Origin: an uncultured Planctomycetales bacterium
GTDB taxonomy: Bacteria; Omnitrophota; Gorgyraeia; Zapsychrales; Zapsychraceae
Reading direction: 5' to 3'
Length of the DNA stretch: 64,000 nucleotides
Assembly (NCBI GenBank): GCA_964535935.1
Contig: CAZHWM010000024.1
Coordinates: forward strand, 171 to 64,170
The notes below the pieces were generated by a model that worked only from the letters and a program-made list of their open reading frames with translations, was not told the origin of the DNA and did no database searches. Position numbers and translations under genes: made by a program. Every line of letters starts with the position of its first letter. Positions within the stretch are counted from its first letter, which is position 1. Positions 59,956-64,000 of this stretch are shown here, in pieces.

Positions 59956-61689
59956 ATGAATAAAATAAGAGTTATATTATACATACTAATATCTTTAAAT
60001 ATTTCTGGGATTTTATGGGCAGGAAAGTTTAAGATTACTTCATTTTATCCACCACCTTATGCGGGTTATGATAAGTTGAGATTTTTCCCAGATTCTGTTG
60101 CTGGGATGGTATGTGATGCTTCTATGGAAGGCTTGATTTTTTATAATAATACGGCGCATCAATTATTAGTTTGTAAAAGTGTGAAAGGAACTTATTCGTG
60201 GGTTAATTTTGAGGGGGTTTGGATACAAGAGGATAGTGGAAGTTTGGGCAATGTTTATTTGAAAGATACCTATTCTAAGGAATTTTTTGTTGGCATAGGA
60301 ACAAAGGTCCCAGAATTTCATTTAACATTAGATAAAGGTGCGAGTTTGCCAGATGGTGGAATTTTGGCAATAGGCACGTATGGTTCAGGACAGGATTTAG
60401 TAACTTCAGGGGCAGGGACAAGGTTTATATGGTATCCAAAGAAGGCCGCGTTGCGGGCAGGGTATGTTGATGGAAATCAATGGGATGATGTAAATATTGG
60501 AGATTATTCAGCAGCGTTTGGGAATAGCACATTGGCTTCTGGTAGTGGAGCATGTGCATTAGGAAGCCATACTGTTTCTTCTGGAAGGGCGTCTTTTTCG
60601 GCAGGTAATACTACTGTTGCCTCAGGGGATTGGTCTGTTGCATTAGGGGACCATACTGTTTCTTCCGGGAATTATTCTTTTTCTGCAGGATTGTATACAG
60701 AGGCAAAGGCAAGGGATTCTATAGCATTAGGAAGGTATAATGTAATCTCAGGAGATTCTACAACATGGATTGAAACAGATCCGTTATTTGTTATCGGCAA
60801 TGGTTCAGATAATTTAAATCGACATAATGCTTTGACGTTGTTAAAAAACGGCAGTTTAGGGGTGAATACGGCGGCTGTAGAATTTCGTTTAACATTAGAT
60901 AAAGGTGCGAATTTGCCAGATGGTGGAATTTTGGCAATAGGCACGTATGGTTCAGGACAGGATTTAGTAACTTCAGGGGCAGGGACAAGGTTTATATGGT
61001 ATCCAAAGAAGGCCGCGTTACGGGCAGGGTATGTTGGTGGAAATCAATGGGATGATGTAAATATTGGAGATTATTCAGCAGCGTTTGGAAATAGCACCCT
61101 GGCTTCTGGTAGTGCTTCTTTTGCTTCTGGAGACAATACTAAGGCCTTAGGAGAGGCATCTTTTGCCACAGGCAAAGATACAGTTGCTTCAGGGGTAGCA
61201 TCTTTTGCTTCCGGAGAGGGTAGCGTTGCTTCAGGGGATTATTCTTTTGCCGCGGGCAAAGATACAGTTGCTTCAGGGGTAGCATCTTTTGCTTCCGGAG
61301 AAGGTAGCGTTGCTTCAGGGGATTATTCTTTTGCCGCAGGATATTATGTTGTTGCTCAGGCTTATGATTCAGTTGTTTTTGGAAGATATAATGAAATTAT
61401 GGGGAATTCAACAGTATGGCAGGGTACGGATCCAATATTTGTTATAGGAAATGGTACGGATAATTTAAATCGGCATAATGCCTTTACAGTCTTAAAAAAT
61501 GGCAATGTGGGGATAGGAACGAGTAGCCCCAAGTCTAGTTTGCAGGTTAAGGGATATTTTCAATTAAATGTTTTGTTATCATCTCCACCAGCTTTAGATT
61601 GTTCTTTTCAGACTAAAGGCAGAATGGTTTTTTCTTCCTCATCTGGGAAATTATATATATGCAATGGGAGCAATTGGGTGGGGTTTTAG
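59956..61689 (+). CDS. Secreted fibre/adhesin-like repeat protein, paralog 2 (577 aa)
   Basis: Same architecture as paralog 1. Repeats of the SxAxGxxTxASGxxSxAxG type. DPLFVIGNGSDNLNRHNALTLLKNGSLGVNT / DPIFVIGNGTDNLNRHNAFTVLKNGNVGIGT neck-like motifs. C-terminal LDCSFQTKGRMVFSSSSGKLYICNGSNW. Confidence 0.75.
   Translation: MNKIRVILYILISLNISGILWAGKFKITSFYPPPYAGYDKLRFFPDSVAGMVCDASMEGLIFYNNTAHQLLVCKSVKGTYSWVNFEGVWIQEDSGSLGNVYLKDTYSKEFFVGIGTKVPEFHLTLDKGASLPDGGILAIGTYGSGQDLVTSGAGTRFIWYPKKAALRAGYVDGNQWDDVNIGDYSAAFGNSTLASGSGACALGSHTVSSGRASFSAGNTTVASGDWSVALGDHTVSSGNYSFSAGLYTEAKARDSIALGRYNVISGDSTTWIETDPLFVIGNGSDNLNRHNALTLLKNGSLGVNTAAVEFRLTLDKGANLPDGGILAIGTYGSGQDLVTSGAGTRFIWYPKKAALRAGYVGGNQWDDVNIGDYSAAFGNSTLASGSASFASGDNTKALGEASFATGKDTVASGVASFASGEGSVASGDYSFAAGKDTVASGVASFASGEGSVASGDYSFAAGYYVVAQAYDSVVFGRYNEIMGNSTVWQGTDPIFVIGNGTDNLNRHNAFTVLKNGNVGIGTSSPKSSLQVKGYFQLNVLLSSPPALDCSFQTKGRMVFSSSSGKLYICNGSNWVGF
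61171..61338 (+). repeat. Perfect-frame tandem duplication, 2 x 84 bp, in paralog 2
   Basis: ggcaaagatacagttgcttcaggggtagcatcttttgcttccggaga(g/a)ggtagcgttgcttcaggggattattcttttgccgc(g/a) occurs twice with 2 nt differences. It encodes GKDTVASGVASFASGEGSVASGDYSFAA twice. Confidence 0.9.
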
Positions 61690-61723
61690 TATAAATATAT
61701 TTTAGATTAGAGGATGAGATAGA

Positions 61724-63604
61724 ATGAGAAAGGTAACTATTTTTTATTTTATTTTTATTGTACTAATAAATGCAATTAATGTTGTAAATGCTGGAATGGT
61801 TAAGTTAACGACTTTTTATGCTGCGCCCATTGGAGCCTATGATAGATTGCGTTTAGTCCCTCGTTCTTCGGCAGGTTTGGTCTGTGATGCCTCAATGGAA
61901 GGGTTGATGTATTATGATAGTGGAACAAATGATGTTTATTTATGTAGAGACACAGGGGTTGCTACATGGGATATTTTAGGTGGGGTATGGAAACAAGAGA
62001 ATGTTGGAGGTATAGGAGATATTTTTTTACGAAATGTTTTTTTGGATTTATACGTGGGGATAGATGCAAAAGATCCTGAATTTAGATTAACTTTGGATAA
62101 GGGGAACAGTATCCCGGATGGAGGAATTCTGGCAATAGGCACATTAGATTATCCAATAGGAACTTATCCATCACTTACTACATTGAATACAGCAGGGGCA
62201 GGGACAAGGCTTATATGGTATCCAAAGAAAGCAGCGTTTAGGGCAGGGTATGTTGATGGAACCCAGTGGGATGATAGTAATATAACAGGTCCTTCGGTTG
62301 GAATTGGCAAAAATGATGAAGTTCCAGCAGGTGTTGCTATAGGCATATCGAATGCATCTGCTGGCGGAGGGATTAGTATAGGTGAGGGGAATATACCGGC
62401 AGGGGGGATGATGGTTTCTATGGGGTTGCAGACCCATGCAAATGGTATTTGTTCTTTTTCTGCTGGGGAGGGAACGTCTTCTGCGGGAGAAAGCGCGGCA
62501 TTTGGATATCATACCAAGATAACAACAGGGGTGTTTGCAGTGGGAGAAGGGACAGATGCGTATTCTGTAGGTTCAGTTGCTATGGGCAGGTATAATGTGG
62601 AAACAGGAGATACTGTTAATTGGGTAGATACGGATCCAATATTTGTTATAGGGAATGGTTCGGATGATTTAAATCGGCATAATGCGTTAACTATATTAAA
62701 AAATGGGAGCGTAGGATTAAATACCTCTGATGTAGAATTTCGTTTGACTTTGGATAAAGGAGAGACAACGCCGGATGGTGGGATTTTGGCAATAGGCACA
62801 TTAGATTATCCAGTAGGAAGCTACCCATCGCTTACTACATTGAATACAGCAGGTGCTGGGACGCGGTTTATATGGTATCCAAGGAAGGCTGCGCTGCGAG
62901 CGGGGTATGTTAATGGAACCCAGTGGGATGATGTCAATATAGGTATAGGGTCTATAGCTATAGGTAAAAATGTTAAGGCTGCCGGGGATTGGTCTGTTGC
63001 TTTGGGAGAAGATACATCTGCTGGTGTAGCGGTTTCAAGTTCCATATCTAATCATGATTTTTCTTTTGGAAAAACTACATCGGCATCTGGATGGTATTCT
63101 ATAGCAGGAGGTCTAGATAGTATTGCCTCTGGTCAAGGTGCGGTATCTTTGGGTGATGCTACAAAAGCTGAAGGGAGCTGTTCTGTTTCTATGGGAAAAG
63201 ATACTGTTGCTAAGGGAGATTTTTCGGTTTCTGTTGGGATTGGGACATATACTGAGGTGGCTGATTCTTTTGTAATGGGTAGATATAATATTCCGGCGGT
63301 TGATTCGGATCCTTCTACAGTTTCAGGTGATGAAAATTTATTCGTTATAGGGAACGGCACAAGTAGTAGCTCTACTCATAATATTTTTACTGTTTTATCT
63401 AATGGAAATATAGGAATAGGAATCAATGATCCAAAGTCTACTTTGCATGTTAAAGGATATATTCAAATAGATACCGTGACAGCCCCGCCCCCTAAGTCAG
63501 CATGTAAGAGTTTTTATGCAGGTAGGATGATTTTTGATACTACAAATAATTGTTTATACATTTGTTCCGGTAGTAATTGGATTTCCAAGGTATTTACTCC
63601 ATAG
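61724..63604 (+). CDS. Secreted fibre/adhesin-like repeat protein, paralog 3 (626 aa)
   Basis: Same architecture with more diverged modules (EFRLTLDKGNSIPDGGILAIGTLDYPIGTYPSLTTLNTAGAGTRLIWYPKKAAFRAGYVDG). C-terminal SACKSFYAGRMIFDTTNNCLYICSGSNW. Confidence 0.75.
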   Translation: MRKVTIFYFIFIVLINAINVVNAGMVKLTTFYAAPIGAYDRLRLVPRSSAGLVCDASMEGLMYYDSGTNDVYLCRDTGVATWDILGGVWKQENVGGIGDIFLRNVFLDLYVGIDAKDPEFRLTLDKGNSIPDGGILAIGTLDYPIGTYPSLTTLNTAGAGTRLIWYPKKAAFRAGYVDGTQWDDSNITGPSVGIGKNDEVPAGVAIGISNASAGGGISIGEGNIPAGGMMVSMGLQTHANGICSFSAGEGTSSAGESAAFGYHTKITTGVFAVGEGTDAYSVGSVAMGRYNVETGDTVNWVDTDPIFVIGNGSDDLNRHNALTILKNGSVGLNTSDVEFRLTLDKGETTPDGGILAIGTLDYPVGSYPSLTTLNTAGAGTRFIWYPRKAALRAGYVNGTQWDDVNIGIGSIAIGKNVKAAGDWSVALGEDTSAGVAVSSSISNHDFSFGKTTSASGWYSIAGGLDSIASGQGAVSLGDATKAEGSCSVSMGKDTVAKGDFSVSVGIGTYTEVADSFVMGRYNIPAVDSDPSTVSGDENLFVIGNGTSSSSTHNIFTVLSNGNIGIGINDPKSTLHVKGYIQIDTVTAPPPKSACKSFYAGRMIFDTTNNCLYICSGSNWISKVFTP

Positions 63605-63894
63605 TTATAAGGGTTGTATAGATTTTGTGGTCCTTTCCGTAGTTTCTTTTTAAATCTAAAAGCAACTTTAAATCAAGGGTTAGAATTATACCTTTTAAGA
63701 TTAAAAAATGATTGTTTATCTCTGTCCCTGTAAGATGTGGGCCGTTAAAATCTTATAAATTTTATTTTTAAAGTCGATATTTTTTATAAAATTGAATGAG
63801 TTGTGGTATTTTTTAGAATAATACCATTTTTCGTAATGGAAAAATGAAAAGTATAGTGATATACTAATAAAAGTTGGTTGTGGGGGAGGGTTTT

Positions 63895-64000
63895 ATGAAA
63901 GTGTTCAATAGTTTTTATGCAGTTGTTTTTGATTTAGATGGGGTTATAACTAAAACAGCATTAGTCCATGCTGCAGCGTGGAAAGATATGTTTGACGGAT
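63895..64000 (+). CDS. HAD-superfamily hydrolase (beta-phosphoglucomutase-like), 5' part only
   Basis: GGGGGAGGG RBS, ATG 63895. MKVFNSFYAVVFDLDGVITKTALVHAAAWKDMFDG carries HAD motif I DxDGV. Runs off the window. Confidence 0.6.
   Translation, partial: MKVFNSFYAVVFDLDGVITKTALVHAAAWKDMFDG

Larger units (their letters stand above)
58428..62945 (+). repeat. Six dispersed copies of a ~200-235-bp DNA module shared within and between the three paralogs
   Basis: Copies start (GAATTT...) at 58428, 59106, 60313, 60880, 62078 and 62735. 60313-60548 versus 60880-61115 differ at about 8 positions by hand alignment. 58428 versus 60313 are roughly nine-tenths identical. The paralog 3 copies are more diverged. 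Confidence 0.85.

Noticed and set aside
58943-62799. Recurrent antisense ORFs beginning MPIAKIPPSG... (58943..59170, 60672..60944, 61936..62142, 62509..62799) that look like a conserved small-protein family
   Set aside because: They are the reverse-strand shadow of the repeated EFRLTLDKG...GGILAIG DNA module. Their apparent conservation comes from the sense-strand repeat.

Overview
AT-rich, gene-dense chromosomal window from a diderm bacterium, centred on the replication-origin neighbourhood. All CDS left of ~23.2 kb are on the minus strand: pheS', trkHA, rplT-rpmI-infC-thrS, three tRNAs, coaC, rpoZ, gmk, yicC, parB, parA, jag-N, yidC, yidD, rpmH. All CDS right of ~23.9 kb are on the plus strand: dnaA, dnaN, DUF721, gyrB, gyrA and onward. 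Four parts are not ordinary. (1) A ~18 kb non-canonical Tad/Flp-type pilus locus (34.3-52.2 kb) has a secretin-TonB_C fusion and a TadZ-TadA fusion. It also has seven Flp-like prepilins and four further class-III-signal proteins, including a 1334-aa protein with ~48 Cys, and no prepilin peptidase. (2) At least 13 copies of a 14-nt motif (A/T)TGTCCACTCT(G/A)AA lie in an unusual 850-bp gap between parB and parA and upstream of parA and jag. (3) An ~8.5 kb block interrupts the conserved gmk-rpoZ junction. It carries a 1440-aa putative lipoprotein, a 575-aa beta-barrel protein and 1.7 kb of ORF-free DNA, and is bracketed by an imperfect direct repeat. (4) Three tandem secreted fibre/adhesin-like paralogs (58.1-63.6 kb) share near-identical DNA modules, poly-G tracts (G10, G8, G7) and an 84-bp tandem duplication. 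Every functional call rests on motif recognition by eye, since no database search was possible. The lineage cannot be assigned from this window.
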